From: the human T2T-CHM13v2.0 reference genome, Homo sapiens | Length of the DNA: 64,000 nt | NCBI RefSeq assembly: GCF_009914755.1 | Contig: NC_060942.1 | Direction: 5' to 3' (one strand) | Part shown: in pieces, positions 52,701-64,000 of the stretch | Position numbering within the stretch: position 1 is the stretch's first letter | Layout: each line of letters starts with the position of its first letter | Notes under the pieces: generated by a model | What the model was told of the DNA's origin: nothing | What the model saw: the letters and a program-made list of their open reading frames with translations, nothing else | Database searches by the model: none | Position numbers and translations under genes: made by a program

Positions 52701-55700
52701 CAAGCATAGCAGTGTCCCTGTGCATGAAGACAAATGCTTTATCTTCCTGAGATCACATGCTCCCTGTTCTTCTAGGCCCTTCCTAGGCATCACCTCTGGC
52801 CGAAGCCTGCCATCCTAACCTTTGGCTCCTGGCTTCCAGACTTTCTGGGAAGAGAAGGGAAAGGATTCCTGATGAAGAGGATCTAAGGTAATCTTGGTCC
52901 AGACTGCCTCTGCCCTATGACCTGGAGCTGTTTCTGTGTCCCAAGTCAGACCTGAAAGGGACAGGAGCTGCCTCTGTGGCCAGCACAGGCACAAGCCTTT
53001 CCCAGGAGGAAAACGGTGTCTTTGAACTAAACCGAGGGAGTGCACAGGCAAAGGGAGCCCAAGTGGCTATGGGGTGACCAGAGCTAGGAAGGGACAGCAT
53101 GGGGCCAAAGAAATAGTTTGGTTGATGCCGTTGAGGCCCTGCCTAGGGAGATTTCATATTTGGAACAGATCAGTGGTGGGACACCTGGTAGGACTGGCTG
53201 GAATCTAGAGCTGCCTCAGAGGTGAGGTTCCTGACACCAAAGAACAGACAATACCATTGTGGGGCGGCCTCTGTCCCTCCTCTCTAGACCCACAGAATGA
53301 CAGCAGCAGGCAGGGCCTTAGGGGTGAAGGGGCTCTGCTGGAAGGATTCCCATGTCCTCCCCCTGGGTTGTGGCTGCTGAGGTCATTAGTACGTCCCCGT
53401 GGGGTGTGGACATTCTGGGAGCTGGCATCTGGGAGGCTGTGACTCAGAGCCTGGGCTGAAGGGCTACCATGCAGGGGAAGGGCAGGCCTCTCCAGCACCC
53501 CATGGGGTGGGGCGGGGAGGGTGTCACAAGACCCTGAGCTCTTCCCAACATCAAGGAGGGAGGAAATGGGGCTTTGCCAGGGCAGAAGCTCAGCTGTGAT
53601 GAAGGAAAGACTCGGGTTCCAGAAGGGGAAATGGAAATCATGTCCGAGAGAAGGACCTGAGGGCAGCATGTCTGGGTCCTTGCTGCGGGGACAAGAGTGA
53701 CATGACAGGGCCCAGTCTCAGGAAGTGGCGTGGCCTTGGAAGGGAGTCTGGGAATTCTGCGTCAACGAGGCAGCCGTCTCTGCTCTAAGTGGCTGCTGAA
53801 GAGCTTCCAGGTGGAAGGGGCAGGTGTTAGGAATCGCGTTGGGGAATTCAGCCAAAAATAAGGTCCCCGTGGAAAGGCTGCAGGGAGCCTTGGCCACAGG
53901 GAGAATTACAGGAAAACCTCAACCTGGACAGACCACGCTTGGGGCTCTTCAAGCACGGAAAAGAATCCTTGCCGGGCAGTTCCAGAGATGGGGTGAGAAG
54001 CAAAGGCCCAGTGATTCTGAAGAATGTGAGGGGGAGGAGAGTGGGGAGTGTCCCACAAGGACAGCCACAGCCCACAGTGAGCAATAAAGCCTCTGAAGGG
54101 AGGCAGGCTGGAGCCATCTCCTCCACCCTGCCTTTCCCCAGCTCGGGGTTTCTCTCCTCCTGGGAAGAGAAGGACCCAAGAGCTTGTCTGATCTTTTTCG
54201 GGAGGGTCAGAGACCAGTGGGAACAAGTGGTGGGGGTGCTGAGGGGGCTGCAATGCAGCAGCTTCAGCTGGAGACAGGCCTGGGGCCAGATGGCCGTCAT
54301 TCTGGAGCAGGAGGAACCCAAGGCCAGATGGCTGGATGACCAGAGCTGCCCCACTGCCTATCATCTGGCTGGGAGTGGGGACTGCAGACAGAGAGGCCAC
54401 CCCAAGTGACCATCAGGAATGTGCTGGGAGGGAGGAACCTGGAATGTCACCCTCCTATACAACACAGCACTGCTGCCCAAACCAGGACGCCCACTCCCAG
54501 AGAATGTCCCAGGGTCCAGAGGGTGAGAAGTCTGTCTGCAGTGACTACGCACGGTTAAAACCTTCCCTTAAAACAGGGTGCACAGACTGTCCAGACCTGG
54601 CGTGGACCTCACAGAAGGCTGTGCGTGGGGAAGGCCCAGAGGAAAGGGAGTGGGGAAGAAGGGAGATGGGGTCTCAGGGTGCCAGCAGGGCCACCGTGCG
54701 ATATCCTGAGACACAGATAGATCCTTTTGGAATTGGAGTCACCAGCCTCGGTCTCCCCTGAAGGGAGAGGTGCTCCTGTTAGCCATCTGCCAAGGGGGCA
54801 GGCATGGGCAGTTAGGGAGGCAGAGCCTGCGTTGGCAGGAGAGGGCGCTCCAGGCTGATAACATGGCTGGCTTTCCTGATCTGGCCTGTGAAGAGCTTCC
54901 TGGCATCCTTAAAGTCATATGCAGGGGCTGGGACTCTCGGGCTGAAGCCAGGCCCCCCGTGAAGATGGGTGAGCTGTACTTGAATCTGGCTTTCACACGG
55001 TGCTCTGGCTTATCTCCCTCGGTATTCCTGTGCTTTTGCCAAGCCTTGTTCAGGTGTTCTGCCTGGTTCTGTGGGGCTAAGGTGAATTCAGGAGGAGGTA
55101 GGGGGCAGCATCACCCACGGTGGCATTGGGGTGGCAGGGCTGTCACTGAGGGACATCCAAGGGGAGGTGAATCTCAGGAACCTTGGGTCCATCTGCTCTG
55201 GGGAGTAACAGGAGCAGGGCGCCCTGCTGTCAGCATTGCCAGGTGGCTGGCCTAGCTCACTGCTAAGGGCAAGGGAACACATCCTGGGTCTGTGAGGCCC
55301 TTCCCCTCTGCTCCTGCAGATTCTCCCTCTACTGTCACTGGAAGCACCTGGGACAGATGCTGTCTGGGGTTCCCCTCACAGAAGCAGCTGTGAGCAGGAC
55401 CCCAAGGCCACCTTGGAAATAATCAGTGTTTCCTTCAAAACAGTCCCCTGAGGAGCCTGCAGAGCTATTTCAGCCACACCAGTGTCACCTGAATGGATTT
55501 CTGAAACTCTTCTCTGGCAACTTCCAGTAGTTTCCAAGCAACCCAGAAGAACAGGTCTCATGACTTTAGAGGACTCATCTTTTTTTTTTTTTTTTTTCCT
55601 GGAAAAGCATAGTCCCTGATTTGATATCCAGTCTCATTCACAACCTTGCACTGTGTCCTTGGGCCAAAGCTTTGGGCCCACTGAGGAAAATCAAAAGAAT

Positions 55701-56931
55701 GAGCTGCCACCAATTCCCAAAGATACATCTCCAAGAGGAAGTGGGGCAGCAGCACCGCCACCGGAACAAGTGTGGGTCTCTCAAGGTGAGTTCTCTGAGA
55801 GGGACAGTGGCAGGGTGGGGAAGGGACCTAGTCTAGTAAGTCATGTTCACAGGGCAGGCATCGCCAGGCTCTGTACACACAGGATACACTGAAATGACCA
55901 AACCCTGATGCCAGGCCACCCACCAGAGCCCTCCCCACCTGTGGACATGGCTGAAAAGATCAGCCTCACACCAGGAACCAGAGATAGCACCAATGGGCCG
56001 TATTTTCCAAAAGTGAGGCCTAGCCAAAGCTGGCAGTGGGCAGATCTGACCCCACGTCAACCCGCCAATCAGTTTTGAGTACAAAAGTTGCTGTGCAGAG
56101 TAGGCATATAACATATGTTTGCTGAATGGGACAGAGTCTATGAAAGATGAAAGGTTTATAATGTATTGATTTCAAATTTCAAATTTTATAACAGCATAAA
56201 GTTGTCCCCCTTCCTTAAATGGAAAGGCAAAGAGGAGAACATAAAAAGAGGCCCAGCCTTTAGGTCTGACCCCAAAATGATTGAGAGGACCTACAGGCAT
56301 CTCTGCAGTCTACTGGTCACCGGCTTTGCTATTACACAGAGGCTGAGATTCCAGTCTCAGCTCTGCCATTTTCCAGCTGCACACATGCTTGGTCAGCTAG
56401 CCACTGGGAGATGTGTCATAAACAAAGTCAACCACGTCTCCCCATCTTCCCAGGGCCTAGCTGTGGTAAGCATGTACTTAAGGTGCCGAGGACGGCCCCT
56501 GGCATGCAGAATATGCTTAATAAAGGTCAGTGGCTGCTTCTCCAAATCAAACAAAGGGGCGGCACTCCATCTGGGGAGGGCCATCCATTCAAACTGGGTT
56601 CCACAAATTTACAGCTGGAAGGAGAAGAGGAAGCCAAGCAACCAAGGTGCTTGAGGCGCCTCACTTCCTTCCCAGCCAGAACAGCCCTGCTCTTACCTGC
56701 TTCATGTCATGGGCTTCCACCTAATATTGTATCTGAGAAAATACTGCAGCCCCTAAAAAGGGCTTGAAAGTCACAGCACCAGGTGATGCCTAGCACCCCT
56801 GCTAGCCACGAGCCTGCATGTGTGTGGGATCTATCTGGGTCTCTGTCTCCACCGCCAGCCTCCCTGCCCAACTCTGCTGTCCCCCATGGCCTCTGGCCCC
56901 GTGCCCCACACCCGAGGGCTGCCATGCGCAC

Positions 56932-58139
56932 CTGGTGAAGCGGACCTCGCAGATGGTGCACATGTATGGCTTCTCCCCGGTATGGGTCCTCATGTGCCGC
57001 GGCAGCTTCCCGGCCCCCATGATGACTTTGTGGCAGATGGGGCACTGCTGAGAGGCCTTGGGCTTCAGCTTGCGCTCTTCTACCAGGGGCCAGGGTGGGA
57101 AGAGGCCTCCCAGGTGGGTGGCACTCAGGAAGTTGAGATAGGCACCGTAGTCGTTCTCCGCCTTGATGGGTCCCAGAGGCCCCCCCGGCAGGTCAGGGAA
57201 CATGTCCTTGAAGAAGTCATTAGGGAAGGGTGGCGGTGGGGGTGGGGGCAGCTCCTCCTTCTCCTCCTCCTTGATCTTCCGATTCTTGATGACCAGATCC
57301 AGTGGCCCACTGTCCATGGGCTGCTCAGGCAGCTGGGCAAAGGCACCGAAGTCCCCTGGCCAGAGGTGTGGAAAGAAGTCCGGGGCGAATGGAGACAAGG
57401 AGGGTCTCCTGTCGGGGATGTTGGCCTTGGGGTACAGGTTCTCCCTTAGCAGAGATTCGATGGAGAAGTCCCGGATCACCCCCAGATGGCCAGGACTGCC
57501 AGCCTGGAAGGAGTCAGGGAAGTCCCTGGGGGTGTCTGAATAGGCCTTCTCTGTGAGATGGTCTGTCTTGGAAGGGCTTTGGTGGCAGCTGATGTCCTGG
57601 GGGTCAGGCAAGTTTTCTTGGTCAGCAAAGTCCTCCGTGTCATCATCGTCATCCTCCTCCTCTTCCTCCTCCTCCTCTTCGTCCTCCTCATCATCATCAT
57701 CTTCGTCGTCGTCATCGTCCTCCTTGTCATCCTCCTCCCCCCCGTCCCCCCCAGGCTCCATGATCTCCAGGCACACGTTCACGATGCACTGGATCTCCAG
57801 CATCCTGGCTGCGTTGAGGATGTGCTTGACATTGCCAGCGGTGATGGTGAGCGTGGAGGTGTAGGCGAACTCCAGGATAGCAGCCAGAGCCTCAGGCTGG
57901 ACAAAGTCGATCTCATAGACGTAGGGCTGGCTGGCTAGGGTGCCGGCTGTGAAAAGCTTCTTGAAGTACTTGCTGCAGGCAGCCAGGACGGAGCGGTGGG
58001 TCCGATACTCCTGCTCCTGCACCACCAGGAGCACGTCACACAGCAGGCCATCGTGCCGTTGCTCATTGAGGCTGCACAGGACCTCACTGCTGTGGTTGGG
58101 GAAGGGAATGCCAATGAGCTCATCAATGTCATTGGCCAT
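56932..58139 (-). CDS. ZBTB7C: ZBTB7C first coding exon: BTB/POZ domain, acidic tract, Pro-rich linker, zinc finger 1 and first part of zinc finger 2
   Basis: Translation [28 protein letters not shown]...[12 protein letters not shown] (BTB) through [40 protein letters not shown] at 58139 (gagaacATGG). Acceptor pyrimidine tract tcttcttctctgtgtgtctctgcag ends at 58156, leaving 16 nt of 5' UTR. Donor AG|gtgcgc at 56932/56931. 1208 coding nt. Confidence 0.97.
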
Positions 58140-59157
58140 GTTCTCAGCCAGAGCCCTGCAGAGACACACAGAGAAGAAGACTGGGTTAGTGAGCGTGGCC
58201 CCAGGAGGGGTCTCAACTCTAGGACTCTGAGCCACCTCCTTGGCATAAGGGCTCCCTGTCCACTGCAAGGCCAGTCCTCCTACCTCTTAGCCTTGCCAAA
58301 TCTCACCTGCAATTCACAGCCTGGCTTACAAGCTGGGGCTTTTCTCTGGACCCCTAAGACTCTTAGGGATAGGCTTCTCACTGGGCAGCTGGTGTCAGCT
58401 ACTCACCAAAGGCTGCAAGCCTTCTCTCAGGCTTGGTGTTACTGATTTCCACTTTGCCAACATGCAGTTGCAGAATACAACTGCAGGATGAAAAGCCTCA
58501 TGAACCTAGCTGTTGCCTTGGCTGCAGGAACAGGACCCACCTCTGTGGGGCAAGGACCTCTCAGTGCTTCTGCTGAGAAGATGCTCTGATTTGTCTCACA
58601 AATCCTCTGATTCTGTAACAGACTTACACTTTGCACTGGCTACTAGGAAGCTTAAAACAAATTTCGTGGCCCATTTTCAGCAAGTAAATGGGGGCCTTGT
58701 GGTATGTTTTGCTTCCTGACCTTACTCGTTCATTGCAGTTGAAGTTTCCTTCCATTTGTAAATCTTGATCCTTTTTTTAAAAAAAAAACACTAACTTCCT
58801 ATATGTGTATATCTGAGAGTGATTTCACCTATAAATATTTAAATTCAATACAAATATAAATGCAATATTCAATATAAATATAATGCAATATAAATATAAA
58901 TTCAAGTACATTGTTAGTTAATTTTTCATGTCTAAATTCTGTCAGCCTCATGAAAATATCAACCCCTGTGGTGAGAAGCGTCTTCTGAGACACCTTATCA
59001 TTGTATATGTTATACATAAAGTATGGCCAGTGGCAGCCACCAGAAGAAAGCAGGGCACGACAGGGGACAACTGGCATCCCTTCCTTTCAGGAAGCACAGC
59101 TCACAGCCCAGGTGAACACAGTCAACTGGGACAAAATGTGGCATCTGCCAGGGCAGG

Positions 59158-59368
59158 TAGGGGCGTCCAAGGAGAGAATATAGTCATGGGTTGTTTGTTA
59201 GTTTCTGGTTGGGCCAGTAAAGCCCCTTCCTCATCCCTCTTTTCCACTTATCACTAGAGACAGAAACTAAACAAACACCATGGCTTCAGGCTGCTAAAAG
59301 CCTAAAACAAAACAAACAACAAATCAGAACAACAACAACAATAAAATAAGGTGGGTTGGACAAGCTTC
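59158..59368. mobile_element. MER30B-like hAT MITE
   Basis: aggggcgtccaaggagagaat...ggttggacaagctt termini. Confidence 0.65.
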
Positions 59369-59949
59369 ATAGGGCTCTTCTACTTACAGCAAAGCTTCAA
59401 CATGGCTCATCTAGATAAATCCTAGCAAAGCCCTGGCCCTTATCTTGGTACAAATAAAGTGGGGAGAAAACAAAAAGGAAAACAAATCCTAAAGCCCCAC
59501 GCCCCAGTGGGAAGAGTTCTGGAGATCCTTACACATTTATCTTCTGGATGTTTCTGTCCTGGGAAGGCAGAGGCAGGGGGAGGGGAGGAGTGAGAAGTAT
59601 ACGCTCATAAAGTGTGAGTGGGCACTGGGAAGGCAGCAGGCATGGAGGATGCTGGGTGCCCCTCCGCTGCCCTCACCTTCTCCTCCACCATGGGGCAGCC
59701 CAGGCATTCCCTAAGCAATCCCACTGGCCAGGTGTTCAGGAGGCTTCCCAGAGCTAAGGCCTCACTGCTTTCCCACCTTCTCATCTTTAAAAGGGCCAGA
59801 GACCCTGGCAGTCCATGCATTCATTCTCTAAATATTATTGGGTAGTCTCCCTGTGCCAGGCTCTATACTGTACTCTGGGGATGCACAGAGAACAAATCAA
59901 GAAGGCCTCTGCTCTAACAGAGCTTAGAGGGACATAACAACTGCAATAA

Positions 59950-60845
59950 AAATGTACAGCAAGATTCACCAAACAGAGTATACAGATGGCAGATAAGCCA
60001 TCTAATCTGAAAAGATGTTCAATATCATGAGCCATTAGGGAAATTCAAATTAAAACTATCATAAGACATCACTACATACATAGGATAGTGGCTAAAATAA
60101 TAAAAAAATACTGATAACACCGAATGCTGGTGAGGATGTGGAGAAAAGGATCACTCGTATATTGCTGGTAGGAATGTAGAATGGTACAGCTATTCTAGAA
60201 AATGATTTGGCAGATCTTAAAAAACAAAATATGCAACCGCCATATGACCCAGCAATTGAATTCTTGAGCATCTACCCCAGAGAAATGAAATCTTATGTCC
60301 ATGAAAAACTCATACACAAATGTTCATGGTCACTTTGTGCACGATAGTGAGTAACTGGAAATAACCTAGACATCCTTCAAAGGTGTATGGCTAAACATTG
60401 TGGTACATCCATGCCAGGGAATACTATTCAGCAATAAAAAGGAGTGAATTCTCAATATGTGCAACAGCCTTGATGAATCTCCAGGGAGTTACGCTGAGTG
60501 AAAAAAGCCAATCCCAATGGGTTAGATATTGCATGATTCCATTTATATAACATTCTTGAGATGATAAAGTTATAGAAATGGAGAAGAGATGAGGGTTGCC
60601 AGGGACTAAGGAGGTGGTGGTGGTGGGAGGGAAGTGGGTGTGGCTATAAAAGGGCAACAGGAGGGATACTTGTGATGGAAATGTTCTGCATATTGATTAT
60701 ACCAGTGTTCATATCCTGGTTGATATTGTACTATGGTTTTGCAAGATGTTACCACTGGAGAAAATGCGTAAAGGGTACATGAGATGTCTCTGTATCATCT
60801 CTTACAACTGTAGCTGAAACGATAAGTATCTCAAAAGAAAAAGTC
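59950..60845 (+). mobile_element. L1MC-type 3' end
   Basis: gccattagggaaattcaaattaaaac...atgctggtgaggatgtggagaaa...gcaagatgttacca. Confidence 0.8.
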
Positions 60846-62899
60846 TAAGAGAAGCAAATGACGGGAAACAACCTAAAGCCACTAATCAATCTCCTCGCTT
60901 CTCTCCATCTCTCATCCAGCTATCTACCACAGAGCTGTAAGGGAGGAGAGGAGGGGGGCGCTTTACCCAGGGTGAACAGGGGAGGCTTCCTTGAGGAAGC
61001 ATCATTTGAGCAGAGACCTAGAAGAGGAGAAGGATCCAGCATGGGAGGATGTGGAGAACAGTGTACCAGGCTGTGGGAACAGTGGCACAAAGTAGGCAGC
61101 CCCACCAAGGTGCCCTTGGTCTGAGGGGCCAGGTTCTGTTCTGAGTGGCCCCGTTGAACATGGTTCTTGTCTATTGACAAACCATTCCACTTCTGCATTT
61201 CTCTGGGGGCTCAGATGGACCATACCCACCCAGATCCCTCGAGGGCCTGTGTAGGATTAGTTGATGGACACCCCTCCATCTCTCTGACCAGGGAAGGTGT
61301 CCCCAGGCTGAGGCTTCAATGAGCTGTGCTGGAGAGAGAGCTCTGAGGCCACCTCCTACATCTCCACATCCTCCCATGCTGGATGAGGAGAGAAGCTCCT
61401 AGTGACTTCCTCCTTTCCCTGGTTCCCCACTGTAGTGGTGGGCACCCAAGGGAACGCAGAGGGCTTAGGAAACCAGGGCAGCCTGCGTGGTTGCATGCCA
61501 GCAGGCTCCTTTGGGGCTGCCATGCCCCAAGAAGGCTGCCTTTGGGCAGCTGGGCTGGGGGCCAGCAAGCAGCCCCTGGAGGCCTGGATCAGATGGGAGG
61601 CCTCAAGTCTGAGCCACATTTAGTTTTGGATGCTCAGAGTCAGGTGTGGTGTGAGCATCTGTGCAGTGGGCAAGGGGGACCCATCAGATACCTGTCCCAC
61701 CTCCTTGGCCCCAAGCTCTTTGCTTCAGATTCCATTTATATAACAGGACCCATGAAACGAACTGGGAGGATAGGGCAGGACAAGCAGGCACCTTCTCTTT
61801 TCAGGTTAAATATCCTCCCTAAACAATGGGTTTCCCAAAGAGGAGTCAGGACTGCCATCTGCCCTTAGGCTTACTCAGTCCTCACAATAACGCATTTAGC
61901 TCCTATTGTTACCATCGTTCCCATTTTACAGATGAGGGAAATGAAGCCACTAAGAGCTGATACACAGAGGATGAGTGAGGGCACAGAGACCTGAGCCTGC
62001 ATCTGGCTCCCCAGGCCATGCTCCCAACCACAGCCAATTGCAGCTCCTGCCTCTGATCACAAAAGTAACCAAGAAAGGACAGTAGTCTCTGCTAACACGT
62101 AATGAGTGGCCCAGACTGCAGGTTCAGAGGTGCTTAGGGATGCCTTTGTGGTGGAGGGAGGGAAGGATTTGGGTGGCACTGCCCTCCAGGGACAGCCAAG
62201 CAGGCAAGGGCCGGCAGGGCAGACTGGAGCCCTCCAGGCAGGCTTGGCCAGCCTCAGGGGCTGGAATGTGGAGACCACCCCAGCCCCAGGCTACTGTCTT
62301 TCTCATAGTGTTGGAGAGGGGTCCTCTCCCTTGCTCGCTCCCCAGACAGCCTCCCCTACTCTGTGTAAGTTTTGGTGGTGGTTTTGGCAAAGCTCTGCCG
62401 GGGGTAAGAAGAGAAGGGGAGAGAAGAAAATAGAGCTGTGGCTCAATCAGCCTTTCCCATCCCACTTTCTGAGCACAGCTGAGTGGGTGGTCACCTGGAT
62501 GGACTGAGTGGCCACAATGCTCCCCTCCAATGTGCCCTAAATGTACCTTTGAAGCCCCTACTCTCCAATCCCTAAACACACACCCTGTTCTCAGCTGCCA
62601 TGCCTTTGTTCATGCTGAACTCTTGGCTGGAGATTACAACTGATCTCGCACTTCCGGGGGTCCACATCCCATCCACACTTCAAGGTCTCACTTAGACAAC
62701 CCTTTCCCCATCCCTCAATTCAGAGGCTCCATCTCTCCAGCCTTCGGTCTCCTGATTCTTGCCATTTATTTGACTCTGCCTTGAACTGTAATGATTGGTG
62801 TCTCTGCTAGATTGTAAGCTGCTTGAGGGCAGATCATATCATTAAATGCTTAGCACAGTCCTGACACAAAATTGGTGGAAGGTCTATGGCAAGGGCTGT

Positions 62900-63232
62900 C
62901 CTTAGCTGCCATGTTGTGAGGATGCTCAAGCAGCCCTAGGGAGAGGTCCCCATGGCAGAGGATTGAGGCCTTCTGCCAACAGCCAATGCCAACTTGCTAG
63001 TTGAATGGGTGAGCCACCTTGAGAGTGGATCCTCCAGCCCCAGTCAGGACTCCCGACGACAGCAGCCCTGGCTGACATCTTGATTGCAACCTCATGAAAG
63101 ACACTGAACCAGGACTGCTCAGTTGAGCATCTCCTAAATTCCTGATCCACAGAAACTATGAGGCAATAAATGTTTATTCTCACTTTAAGCCACTACATTT
63201 TTGTGTTGTTATGCAGTAATAGATAATAATCC
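62900..63232 (+). mobile_element. MLT1 (MLT1F-like) MaLR LTR
   Basis: ctgccatgttgtgagg...gatcctccagccccagtca...gcaacctcatga...ttaagccacta...gcagtaatagataa. Confidence 0.8.
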
Positions 63233-64000
63233 AGTGACATCATTTCACAGACACTATAGATTTGTGATATTTATCATAATTTTCTGGCAGATGGCAGTTA
63301 AATGTCTCACCTTAACAAAATCCGTGTATTACAACAATGTTTTGATAGATGGAAGCAAATGTATTGAGGAAGTGACACCTTTTTCTAATTCTCACAAAGC
63401 CACCCTGTAGGTAGCAGGGTCCTGACCCTCAAAGGGGTCTTCCCATCTGAAAAGACTGTGTGTAAATGAAACGACCCTTCCACTGTTAAGTAAAAAGCCA
63501 AAGTCAGTAAAACCCCAGGAAATTAGTTCTCTATGGAGAGCCAAGTTTTCTTGCTTGCTAAGGGCTTATTCCTTTAGAGATGAAAATGTTTTAAAATGCT
63601 TTTCAGGGAAAATTCCCACCATTCCTTAAACTTTACTCTGCCTTTTAAAATAGAAGAGCTGGAACCCGTTAGTCCACGTGTTGGTGATCAGCGTCCCACT
63701 GTGATAACCATCCGAGCACTCTGAGAAATGGCGTGTGGTTGTCCTGTGCTAAGTGTGGATCTTCTGTGCTTTGAGAGCAATGTCTACTTGCGACTCACAA
63801 TCAGGAAACCACAGCTGTGTGACTTTGGGAGGCCCTTCCACTTCTCTGGACTTCTGTCTCATCATGTGATAGGATGGTTACGAGAAATCTGATAACATCA
63901 TGACCATGAGGAGCCAGAAGCGCAAAGTGGATCTGACGATGGGGACAGAACCCACCCTGTGACCCTGGACTTGAAGGCTGGTTTTCCCAGCAGTGACTTC

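Larger units (their letters stand above)
58156..64000 (-). other. ZBTB7C: 3' end of the upstream ZBTB7C intron; 5' UTR exons lie outside the window
   Basis: Strong acceptor 16 nt upstream of the ATG; no CpG-island promoter within 58156-64000. Confidence 0.8.

Noticed and set aside
53800-55300. Dense cluster of 140-170 aa intronic ORFs
   Set aside because: No recognisable domains or consistent splice structure; expected in GC-rich intron sequence.
56802-56931. In-frame read-through of the first coding exon into the intron (possible one-finger isoform)
   Set aside because: Good GT donor present; open reading for 43 codons is expected by chance and there is no transcript evidence.
58140-58268. 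43-aa N-terminal extension in the 488-aa ORF call
   Set aside because: Begins at a non-ATG codon and runs across a clear splice acceptor at 58156; intronic or UTR sequence.

Overview
Primate, almost certainly human, genomic DNA. The only protein-coding gene is the 3' half of ZBTB7C on the minus strand: two coding exons (58139-56932 and 46943-46292) splice into an intact 1860-nt ORF encoding a 619-aa BTB plus 4-zinc-finger protein, followed by a 3' UTR of about 2-2.6 kb with several candidate poly(A) signals. From recollection of the gene's location this is human chr18q21.1, on the SMAD2 side of ZBTB7C. The remaining ~43 kb is intergenic and rich in Alu, L1, L2, MIR, MaLR/ERVL LTRs and hAT MITEs; repeat subfamily names are assigned by eye from remembered consensus sequences, not by a search. 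I found no convincing novel gene system. The most notable observations are: a pristine AluYa5-type right arm inserted into the linker of an older AluY; three short direct-orientation local duplications about 2.1-2.4 kb from their donors; an orphan CpG island with a CTCF motif and G-quadruplex tracts; co-repressor-like short motifs in the ZBTB7C linker; and alternative polyadenylation that would gate miR-101 and miR-200 seed sites.
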